From a virus: a DNA stretch of 20,138 nt. The translations under genes and the position numbers were made by a program. The DNA lies in the IMG/VR virus record IMGVR_UViG_3300036770_003386, positions 1 through 20,138 of that record; one strand, given 5' to 3'. The notes under the pieces were generated by a model. That model made no database searches. It was not told where the DNA came from and worked only from the letters and a program-made list of their open reading frames with translations. Shown here one piece after another: positions 7,971 to 15,122 of this stretch. Each line of letters begins with the position of its first letter. The stretch's first letter is position 1.

Positions 7971-9413
7971 TCAACCGAGTCTACGTCTTCTTTCTTCGTC
8001 TCTTTCTTCTCTTTCTCTTGCTGCTACTTGTGCCGCTTGTCTTTGTTTTTTTGCTGCAAGTCTATCTGCAGTTGTCTCTTCTTTTTTCTTAGGACGATCT
8101 CTTTCAGGAACACCTCTCTCTGCTTCATGTTGAGCAAGGGTTTTTCCACTTTTAGTCATAAGACCTTTAGCACTTGGCATTGTTCTCAAAACTTCCATAG
8201 CACGATCTCTTTCAGGTCTTGGTTGACCCTTTCTTGCTCTTGTCCTTTCATCAAGAACTTCACCTTCTGGTTCATAAGACATTTTGAGTCCCATTGCTCT
8301 CAATTTATTTTTAAAGTTTCTAACTTTAGTTGGCATTGATCTTGGATCATCTTCGTTAGATTTATTATCAGACTCACAGTTCTCCTCGTTCATCGCTTGC
8401 TTTCGAATAGTTGCAAAATAAATTTGAGTGCCTTTCTCTTTACCATACTGATCAATCATATTCTTCTTCATTTCTGAGTCATCATATTTTGACTTTAATT
8501 TCTTCTCTTTCTTTTTTTCAGTTTCAGTCATTTCTTTTTCATTCAGTAACCCTAAAAATTTAGAGTATGATGAACTTTCATTCATACCATTACCATTATC
8601 ACTCTTGTGATAAACTACAACTTTATTTTTTTTACCCTTTTTCACATTGATTGTATTTTCATCATTAATTTCACCAAGATATTCCTCTTTTACACTTGAA
8701 GTATCTTTGCCATCTGGAGTTCCACCTCTTCTTTTTTGAATTGCATTATGAACAACTCCACGATATTCTTTAGCAGGACTTTCTTTCTTACCATCACCGT
8801 CCCAATCTTTACCTGCAGTTGCTGCTGCAGTTCTTTCTCCTCTTTTCTTTTCACCTTCATATGGTTCACCATATTCAGTCATTTCAACTGATTCAATATT
8901 TGGATTTGAACGAAGTTGATTAATTTTTTCACGAGTTGCAAATCTTACATATGACACCCCACTTATATCAGTGACTCTAACCTTATATTTTTTATCTCCT
9001 TTATTGTAATTTGATTGCTCTTCTAACTCAGACTTGAGTTGATCGTAATTAATATCATCAGATTTTGGTTCAACAAAAACATTATACAATGCTTTTGCAA
9101 CAGAAGAAGATGCTAATTCAGAAACACCTTCCAAATATGTTTCAGTAACGATTCCACCTTTACCAAAGAGTTTTTCTCTTACCATTGATTTTTCTTGTTC
9201 TGACATAGAACTGTTTTGCATATACTGAGTATATGCCGCCCTTAAAGGAATATTTTCTCTTCTTGCACGATATTTGATATCATAAACAGCTTGCCTAACT
9301 CTTTTTTCTGGTGTTTTTTCTTGTCCATCATCACGATCTCTATCACTACCTTTTGATAAAGATGCCTGAGGAAACTTTCTTGCAGGTAAATCTTCAGCAA
9401 TATGCTTTTTCAT
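7971..9413 (-). CDS. Highly charged hypothetical protein, probable internal virion/prohead-core-like protein
   Basis: 480-aa Lys/Glu/Arg-rich ORF with modules GKDWDGDGKKES and LRAMGLKMSYEPEGEVLDE. Late-promoter-like ATAAATA at 9447-9453. Confidence 0.7.
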   Translation of the reverse strand: MKKHIAEDLPARKFPQASLSKGSDRDRDDGQEKTPEKRVRQAVYDIKYRARRENIPLRAAYTQYMQNSSMSEQEKSMVREKLFGKGGIVTETYLEGVSELASSSVAKALYNVFVEPKSDDINYDQLKSELEEQSNYNKGDKKYKVRVTDISGVSYVRFATREKINQLRSNPNIESVEMTEYGEPYEGEKKRGERTAAATAGKDWDGDGKKESPAKEYRGVVHNAIQKRRGGTPDGKDTSSVKEEYLGEINDENTINVKKGKKNKVVVYHKSDNGNGMNESSSYSKFLGLLNEKEMTETEKKKEKKLKSKYDDSEMKKNMIDQYGKEKGTQIYFATIRKQAMNEENCESDNKSNEDDPRSMPTKVRNFKNKLRAMGLKMSYEPEGEVLDERTRARKGQPRPERDRAMEVLRTMPSAKGLMTKSGKTLAQHEAERGVPERDRPKKKEETTADRLAAKKQRQAAQVAAREREERDEERRRRLG

Positions 9414-9429
9414 GAGAAAACTTTTTACT

Positions 9430-10716
9430 TTACTTTTTTCTATTTCTATTTATGAAATTCTTTATATTAGATACTCCCATTACATCCATTACATTCTTCC
9501 TATAACCATCAGTTCCAATTAAAGTATTTCTTTTCCCAGAAACTCTCATTTTTCTAGACATACTCTTTTCTGTATATGATTCAGAGACATCTTTAATCCA
9601 AGACTTAAACATCATTCCATCTTCAGTGACACAAATTAAATAATTTGTTCCTCTGCGAATTATATTGCCAGAAAGACCCGTATTTAAATTTTGAACAATA
9701 TCTCCTACTCTAAAAATATTTTCAGAAACATAATTTTCTCTTAAAGATTGTAAATCAAATTTCGGAGCAATCTCCCAAAGATTATATCCTTCTTGCTGTA
9801 TTTCCTCTATTCCCATTCCTTGACGAACTAAATCAAATAATTGAATAATTTCTTTTCTAGGAATTGAAGGTGGAATTAAATTTCTAAAGGTAACAAAATC
9901 TCCTTCAGCAGCGGCAAGTCTCATTCTTGAAGAAGTTATTCCGCTAATCTCCTTATCATCAGCATCAATTTCTCCTACAGGGAAAACTTCAACTGTATCA
10001 AATTGATATAATTGTCCATTATAAGTATTAGACAAATTTTCAAATTCTTTTACTCTAGTATTTCCACAAATTATTCTTATTCCAGAATATCCATCATTGT
10101 GCGCTTTTTTTAAAGTATCAAAGATTGTAATTTGATTTGAATCATTTACAATTCTCTCTCCATGATTTGGAAATAATTTCCTCATGAAAAATATTTTAGT
10201 ATCAGGATCCAACGGATTTTTCTTAGAATCAAAACTTCTTGATGGAACAATTATATAATCTCCTCCTTCTTCTGCGGCAATTTGTGCTGCAGTATCCATA
10301 AGTTCTTGATGAGCAACTGTTGGTGGATTAAATCTACCAAAAACAATATTTAAAACACCTTTTGTTTTTTCTACAGGTATAAAACTCTGAGGTATTTGCT
10401 CTTGTGGAATTTCCTCTTGTGGAATTTGTTCTTGAGGTATTTCTTCCTGGGGAACTTGTGGAGTTTGTTGTACTATTGCTGAATCATTGTAATTAGGAGA
10501 AGCAATTTGCTTTTCTCTTGGAGTTTGTGCTGGATCTTTTCCAGGTATTCTTTGTCTTTTATTGTAGTATTGAAGACCACCACCAACTGTCTTGGCTTCA
10601 AATTCGCCAGTTGCTCTATTATACCAACCACCATGTCCATCACCTACAAGACCTAATCTTTTTGCTTGTTGAGATGCAGAGGTTGCTTCTGTAATAAATG
10701 TTGAAAATAATTTCAT
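9430..10716 (-). CDS. HIGH-superfamily nucleotidyltransferase ('cytidyltransferase' of T4-like cyanophages)
   Basis: FGRFNPPTVAH (HIGH-like), SFDSKKNPL, and ITSSRMR (KMSKS-like). Start corrected to the ATG at 10714-10716 (MKLFSTFITEA, 428 aa), because the track's extension runs through a tRNA gene. CTAAATA at 10754-10760. Confidence 0.85.
   Translation of the reverse strand: MKLFSTFITEATSASQQAKRLGLVGDGHGGWYNRATGEFEAKTVGGGLQYYNKRQRIPGKDPAQTPREKQIASPNYNDSAIVQQTPQVPQEEIPQEQIPQEEIPQEQIPQSFIPVEKTKGVLNIVFGRFNPPTVAHQELMDTAAQIAAEEGGDYIIVPSRSFDSKKNPLDPDTKIFFMRKLFPNHGERIVNDSNQITIFDTLKKAHNDGYSGIRIICGNTRVKEFENLSNTYNGQLYQFDTVEVFPVGEIDADDKEISGITSSRMRLAAAEGDFVTFRNLIPPSIPRKEIIQLFDLVRQGMGIEEIQQEGYNLWEIAPKFDLQSLRENYVSENIFRVGDIVQNLNTGLSGNIIRRGTNYLICVTEDGMMFKSWIKDVSESYTEKSMSRKMRVSGKRNTLIGTDGYRKNVMDVMGVSNIKNFINRNRKK
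10387..10462 (-). repeat. 15-nt coding tandem repeat, (PQE[E/Q]I) x4
   Basis: Protein reads TPQVPQEEIPQEQIPQEEIPQEQIPQ, forming a linker before the transferase domain. Confidence 0.75.
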
Positions 10717-10765
10717 TACTTTATATGAGTATTCTTCTACACACAATATAAAGTATTTAGTAATA

Positions 10766-10838
10766 TGGAGATAAGGAGACTCGAACTCCTGACCCCCTGC
10801 GTGCAAAGCAGGTGCTCTACCAACTGAGCTATATCCCC
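10766..10838 (-). tRNA. trnA-UGC: tRNA-Ala (anticodon UGC), CCA not encoded
   Basis: GGGGATATAGCTCAGTTGGTAGAGCACCTGCTTTGCACGCAGGGGGTCAGGAGTTCGAGTCTCCTTATCTCCA. Acceptor stem with the G3:U70 Ala identity pair, D arm, anticodon arm CCTGC-TTTGCAC-GCAGG, T arm AGGAG-TTCGAGT-CTCCT, discriminator A. Confidence 0.97.
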
Positions 10839-10852
10839 AAAAAAGAATTATA

Positions 10853-11254
10853 TTACCTAATAGGCATTAAGTCAAATAATTCTGGATGAAGTTTACCATA
10901 TTTTCTCATTATTTCCCCTGCTTTTGCGTTTGCAAAATTTTCTTCAGGACTTCCTGGATGAGACTTTATAGTTCCTTTTTCTAAAAGTTGTTTATAATGT
11001 ATTACTTCGTGCGAAAGTGTTCGCAAAATATCAATCGGATGACGATTGATAGTGCTTAAATATATAACTTTTTCTTCGGTTATATATCCAAAAGCAGAAA
11101 CTTTTTTAGCAAAATCGGCATCATCAATTAATATGATTGGAATATCAAATGAAATTCTAAGTTCTCTTTTTAAATAAATTAAAAATGTTTTTAAAATAGA
11201 ATCAAATTGTATTTTTGTAGTTGGTCTACCTTTTCTTTTTCCAATCAAAGACAT
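10853..11254 (-). CDS. Putative zinc metalloprotease-like protein (HExxH)
   Basis: DILRTLSHEVIHYKQ plus downstream E..AN..AG (third ligand/helix). Late-promoter-like AATAAATA at 11264-11271. Confidence 0.75.
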   Translation of the reverse strand: MSLIGKRKGRPTTKIQFDSILKTFLIYLKRELRISFDIPIILIDDADFAKKVSAFGYITEEKVIYLSTINRHPIDILRTLSHEVIHYKQLLEKGTIKSHPGSPEENFANAKAGEIMRKYGKLHPELFDLMPIR

Positions 11255-11266
11255 TTTTTAAAATAT

Positions 11267-11455
11267 TTATTCTGGATTAACAATTGATCCAATTTTATCA
11301 TCAAGATCATAAATTACGTTACGAATATCAGAAATGCGTGGAGGAATGTTTCCCTCATTATAAGTATATCCTAATTGCGATTCAAATAAAACTTGACGAA
11401 CTGCGGCAGCGCAGCGAACATCCATTTTAATCGTTACTTGTTTTTCTTTAGTCAT
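11267..11455 (-). CDS. Small hypothetical protein (62 aa)
   Basis: ORF with strong SD GGAGGA immediately upstream; fills the intergenic space. Confidence 0.75.
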   Translation of the reverse strand: MTKEKQVTIKMDVRCAAAVRQVLFESQLGYTYNEGNIPPRISDIRNVIYDLDDKIGSIVNPE

Positions 11456-11485
11456 ACTTCCTCCAGATAGTATTTCATATGCTTA

Positions 11486-11501
11486 AGGGTATTTCTACCC
11501 T
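11486..11501 (-). promoter_or_regulatory. GNRA-capped RNA hairpin after the mazG stop (mRNA stabiliser, processing site or weak terminator)
   Basis: Minus strand AGGGTA-GAAA-TACCCT, a perfect 6-bp stem with no long U tract. Confidence 0.5.
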
Positions 11502-11509
11502 CTTTAGTA

Positions 11510-11983
11510 TTAACGATCATTTGGTGATCTATTTTCGGAATAAAATGCGTCAAAAGCACCTTCAGGATAACGCTTTAAAAGTTTTTGAATGTTTCTAGCA
11601 ACTACTTCATCGAGGGTAATATCTAGTGCTATGCACGCTTGAGCAACATACCACATAATATCACCCAGTTCAATAATTAAATGCTCCCTGTTATCTTCGT
11701 TCCACGGTTTAGATTGAAACACGAGTTTTTTTACTATCTCCATAAACTCACCACCTTCGGCATTAATACCAACAGCAGCAGTCAGAAGACGCTCAATGTT
11801 AGCACCCTTTTCATCAAGGGCAACCAAACGGTCAGAAAGAGCAAGAAAGTCTTTGGATGCATCAGAAGTTACAGCATCCACAAACTCTGCATACTTATCA
11901 AAATCAACGTGTTTTGCGGTTTCAGTCATAGTATATTCAGTGTATCCGTTTTCTAATGTTTTTTTAGTGATTGAAATGGTCAT
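11510..11983 (-). CDS. mazG: MazG-like nucleotide pyrophosphohydrolase
   Basis: GINAEGGEFMEIVKK and ELGDIMWY MazG motifs, and KLLKRYP. The ATG overlaps the gp41 stop (TAATG). Standard position after gp41 in cyanomyoviruses. Confidence 0.92.
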   Translation of the reverse strand: MTISITKKTLENGYTEYTMTETAKHVDFDKYAEFVDAVTSDASKDFLALSDRLVALDEKGANIERLLTAAVGINAEGGEFMEIVKKLVFQSKPWNEDNREHLIIELGDIMWYVAQACIALDITLDEVVARNIQKLLKRYPEGAFDAFYSENRSPNDR

Positions 11984-13359
11984 TAAAATTTAAATCCTTC
12001 GAATGACTTTTTAGGTTTCTTTTCTTCATAATCATACTCTTCTTCTTGTCCATTGTCAAGGATATCGTTTTGAGCAGATTGTTCGCAATCGTAAAGACGC
12101 ATCTTAGCCCTATCAATTCCAACGACAAAGCGTTTATAAATGGTCGGGTCATTATAACGATTCTTAAGTTGTTTTACAAGAATCTGTCCCAACCCCTCCA
12201 ACTCTTCTGTGCTAATAAGGGCAAACATAAGATCAGCAGTAGCAGGGAGACCAAAGGATTCAGAAGTATCAGTAAGTTCAACGTCAGAACTACCATAACC
12301 TGAACGAGTGGTCTGAGTAGCGGAGACAATTGGGACATTAAACTCAACCGCAAGTCCCCGAAGTTCCTCAGCAATTGCTTTGACAAATGTATAAGAATTG
12401 ATATTGCTGTTTCCGCGATACCTAGAGGAAGAACAAATATTAAGGTAATCGATGAAAATAATATCAGGTCTAAATGACTTCTTAAGTGCAAGTTCATTAA
12501 GAAGTGCCTTAAAGTGTCCACTATGAGCAGAAGCAGTTGGGTATTCCTTAATTATAAGAGTTCCCTGAGTTTTCTTTGCAAGATTAGTTACCTTACTTTC
12601 AAACATCTGCTTTGGCAATTCTGCCATATCTTGAATAGGAACATTCAAGAGATTTGCGTCAATTCTTTCAGCAATTCTTTCCTCCGCCATTTCAAGAGTG
12701 ATGTACAGAACGTTCCTGCCTTGCAATAGGACGGAAGAAGCCACATGGCACATAAAGAGACTCTTTCCGACACCCGTACCAGCCAAAGCGATATTGAGAG
12801 TCTTATTAGGTAAACCACCTTTGGTAATTTTGTTAAAATATTCAAGATCAAATTCAATTTTTTCTTCCTTTCTGTGATAGGACTCATATCGTTCCTCATA
12901 GTCTAACAGATAATCATGACCAATGTGGGTATCAAAAGATACTGCAAGAGCATCGGAAAGAATACTGGGAATGCTATCACGGTTTTTCTTTTCATCTTTA
13001 CCATCTGCAATATGGATTGACTCCATGAGAGCAAGATAGATAGCACGATCACGACACCACTTTTCAGTTGTATCAACCAACCAATTAAACTCAGAGGGTT
13101 CATCGTCAAGATAACTAATAATTTGAGTGATTTCTTTGAAAGAAGTTTCATTAATATCATGGCGTTTTTCTACCTCAATACAAAGAACTTCTTTCGTTGC
13201 TGGTTGATTGTATTCTTGCACAAACTTGAGTATCTCTTCAAATACTACTTTTTGATTTTGATCTTCAAAATATTCAGATTTAATAAAAGGAATTACTTTT
13301 CTTACATATTGTTCATTGTGTAAAAGGTTTCTAAGGACTAGAAACTCAACTTTCTCCAT
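11983..13359 (-). CDS. gp41: Replicative DnaB-like helicase (T4 gp41-like)
   Basis: Walker A AGTGVGKS, YITLEM, IIKEYPT, Walker B IFIDYL, SATQTTR, SESFGLPATAD, QLKNRY. Confidence 0.96.
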   Translation of the reverse strand: MEKVEFLVLRNLLHNEQYVRKVIPFIKSEYFEDQNQKVVFEEILKFVQEYNQPATKEVLCIEVEKRHDINETSFKEITQIISYLDDEPSEFNWLVDTTEKWCRDRAIYLALMESIHIADGKDEKKNRDSIPSILSDALAVSFDTHIGHDYLLDYEERYESYHRKEEKIEFDLEYFNKITKGGLPNKTLNIALAGTGVGKSLFMCHVASSVLLQGRNVLYITLEMAEERIAERIDANLLNVPIQDMAELPKQMFESKVTNLAKKTQGTLIIKEYPTASAHSGHFKALLNELALKKSFRPDIIFIDYLNICSSSRYRGNSNINSYTFVKAIAEELRGLAVEFNVPIVSATQTTRSGYGSSDVELTDTSESFGLPATADLMFALISTEELEGLGQILVKQLKNRYNDPTIYKRFVVGIDRAKMRLYDCEQSAQNDILDNGQEEEYDYEEKKPKKSFEGFKF

Positions 13360-13915
13360 AATTCATCTCCACATAATATATGTCTGGATAATTTTTATTT
13401 TTTGCTCTATATCTTAGTTGTCTTAAAGTCAATCCTCCAGATTCTCCATTTCTTACACATTTAGATGCATCTTCCCATATTTTACCATAAACTGATATGG
13501 ACTTTGAATTGTAATTTTTTACAGACCTTTTTCTTTCACTTATAAGTTTAGAACTTTCTTTTGAATTTATTTTTCCTAATTGATTTAATAAGATACTTTG
13601 TTTTCTTTTTCTTTTTTTATAATCTTCATTTTGATGAGACTGTTTCCATTTGTCCGATTTCAGTCTAGCAGTTGTTAATTTGCTTTGATCTCGCTTACAT
13701 CTTGCAACTTGATCTTCATAAATTTTAATTAATTCACCTTCTGTTAAATTTCCACCAAGAAGTTGGAAAGCATACAAATCTGATATGTTTTTATAAACTA
13801 ACCAACGACGATGATGAACCTCTTGATGAAGTTTTCTTGGAAGTTTAACTAAATTACTTGAATCATCAGTTCCGCCTTCATATTTTGGAATAATGTGATG
13901 TGTATCTATAAACAT
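13346..13915 (-). mobile_element. Free-standing HNH homing endonuclease gene
   Basis: N-terminal HHIIPKYEGGTDDSSNLVKLPRKLHQEVH (HNH motif as in T4 Mob-type enzymes), basic linker, C-terminal HTH-like tail. Inserted between the normally adjacent uvsX and gp41, and overlaps the gp41 start by 14 nt. Confidence 0.88.
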
Positions 13916-13922
13916 TTTTTAA

Positions 13923-13950
13923 GTGTGGTTACTAACCATACTTATTTATT
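13923..13950 (-). promoter_or_regulatory. Late-promoter-like AATAAATA plus small hairpin upstream of the HNH gene
   Basis: Minus strand AATAAATA (13943-13950, overlapping the uvsX stop), then GTATGGTT-AGT-AACCACAC hairpin ending 7 nt before the ATG. Confidence 0.55.
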
Positions 13951-14958
13951 ATTTCTCGACCCATAAGAAAATTCATTTCTAGCAATTTCATCAAGCTTTT
14001 GCATTACATCATCAGTAAAATATTTTTCAGGTTCAGATAAAATTTGTTTTGCATAAATTTTCTTACCATCAATTTCGTAACGTCCAGCAACATTTTTCCA
14101 AAGACCACCAAGTTCACCAAGTTCTAATAATCCATAATATCTATCAAGACCACGCTCATCATAGTAAAGACGGACTTCAACTTCTTTATTCTCTTTACTT
14201 AAACGAGACTTGAGACTCTTTGCCTTAATAATGTTTCCGACAACTTCTGTTCCGTCTTTTTCCTTTTTCTTTCCAAGACTAATAATGGTAGAAGCAGCGT
14301 ACTTAAGACCACTACCACCACCCATTTCTTGTGTAGGAACATATGAACCAATAACTTGATATACATGATTAGTTACAATAAGTGGCACATTTGCTTGACC
14401 TAATTTAAGAGTTAACATTCGGAACGCACCTTTGACCAATTGAGATTTGGTCATATCACGAACTTGTTTGTCATTTAGCGCATCGGTGATTTCTTTCTCA
14501 GTCGAAAGCATACCCAGAGAGTCTAGTACAAAAATACAAGGTTTTCTCTCTTCCAGAGGTTTCTTCATATAAAGATCCACTGCTTTCAGTGCTTTACCAC
14601 GGAAATCTTCAATGGTTACAACATTTACAACTACGGTTCTAGAAGTATCAACACCTCTAGATTCTAGAAGAGATTTAGTGATAGCAGCCTCAGTATCAAA
14701 GTAGAGACAGTAACCATCGGGATGAGTATCAAGAAAGTTCTTAACCACTGCGAGAGAGAAAAAAGTCTTTCCAGTAGAAGACTCTCCAGCAATAGCAGTA
14801 ATCTTATTCCCAGATACACCACCAAATATGCTACCTGAAACCAGTGCATTAAAAATGTATGAACCCGTATCAACATAAGTTTCCGTTTCGTCAATATCAG
14901 ATGCTAACTTTGTAAAGTCATCACCGATTTCTTTTACAATATCTTTAAGAAAATCCAT
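13942..14958 (-). CDS. uvsX: RecA-like recombinase UvsX
   Basis: Walker A AGESSTGKT, YFDTE, VLDSLG, MGGGSGLKYAAS. Start set to the ATG at 14956-14958 (TGATG coupling to the upstream ORF). Confidence 0.95.
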   Translation of the reverse strand: MDFLKDIVKEIGDDFTKLASDIDETETYVDTGSYIFNALVSGSIFGGVSGNKITAIAGESSTGKTFFSLAVVKNFLDTHPDGYCLYFDTEAAITKSLLESRGVDTSRTVVVNVVTIEDFRGKALKAVDLYMKKPLEERKPCIFVLDSLGMLSTEKEITDALNDKQVRDMTKSQLVKGAFRMLTLKLGQANVPLIVTNHVYQVIGSYVPTQEMGGGSGLKYAASTIISLGKKKEKDGTEVVGNIIKAKSLKSRLSKENKEVEVRLYYDERGLDRYYGLLELGELGGLWKNVAGRYEIDGKKIYAKQILSEPEKYFTDDVMQKLDEIARNEFSYGSRNNK

Positions 14959-15122
14959 CACACTACCATCCCGTATTGTTCACGAAGTATTTTTTTATAG
15001 GGTAAACCTTGTTCTTTGAGTTCTTTTACAAGTTTAAGTTTTTGATATAATGCAGAATCTCCACCAAGATGCATGGCATTTATAATTGTATTCAGTTCTT
15101 CATCATTAATAGGTAAATCCAT
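14958..15122 (-). CDS. Small hypothetical protein, 54 aa (MDLPINDEELNTIINAMHLGGDSALYQKLKLVKELKEQGLPYKKILREQYGMVV)
   Basis: Hand-translated; not in the track. Start overlaps the gp43 stop (TAATG) and stop overlaps the uvsX start (TGATG), filling the gap exactly. Confidence 0.85.
   Translation of the reverse strand: MDLPINDEELNTIINAMHLGGDSALYQKLKLVKELKEQGLPYKKILREQYGMVV

Noticed and set aside
561-10462. CRISPR-like or DGR-like repeats
   Set aside because: The repeats at 561-650 and 10387-10462 are in-frame coding repeats without spacers; no reverse transcriptase, template/variable repeat pair or cas gene is present.
10717-10806. N-terminal extension of the nucleotidyltransferase given by the ORF track
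   Set aside because: It runs through the tRNA-Ala gene from a TTG start; the ATG at 10716 downstream of a late-type promoter is more plausible.
9430-10838. Idea that the nucleotidyltransferase adds CCA to the adjacent CCA-less tRNA
   Set aside because: The enzyme has HIGH/Rossmann motifs, whereas CCA-adding enzymes belong to the Pol-beta superfamily; host enzymes can add CCA.
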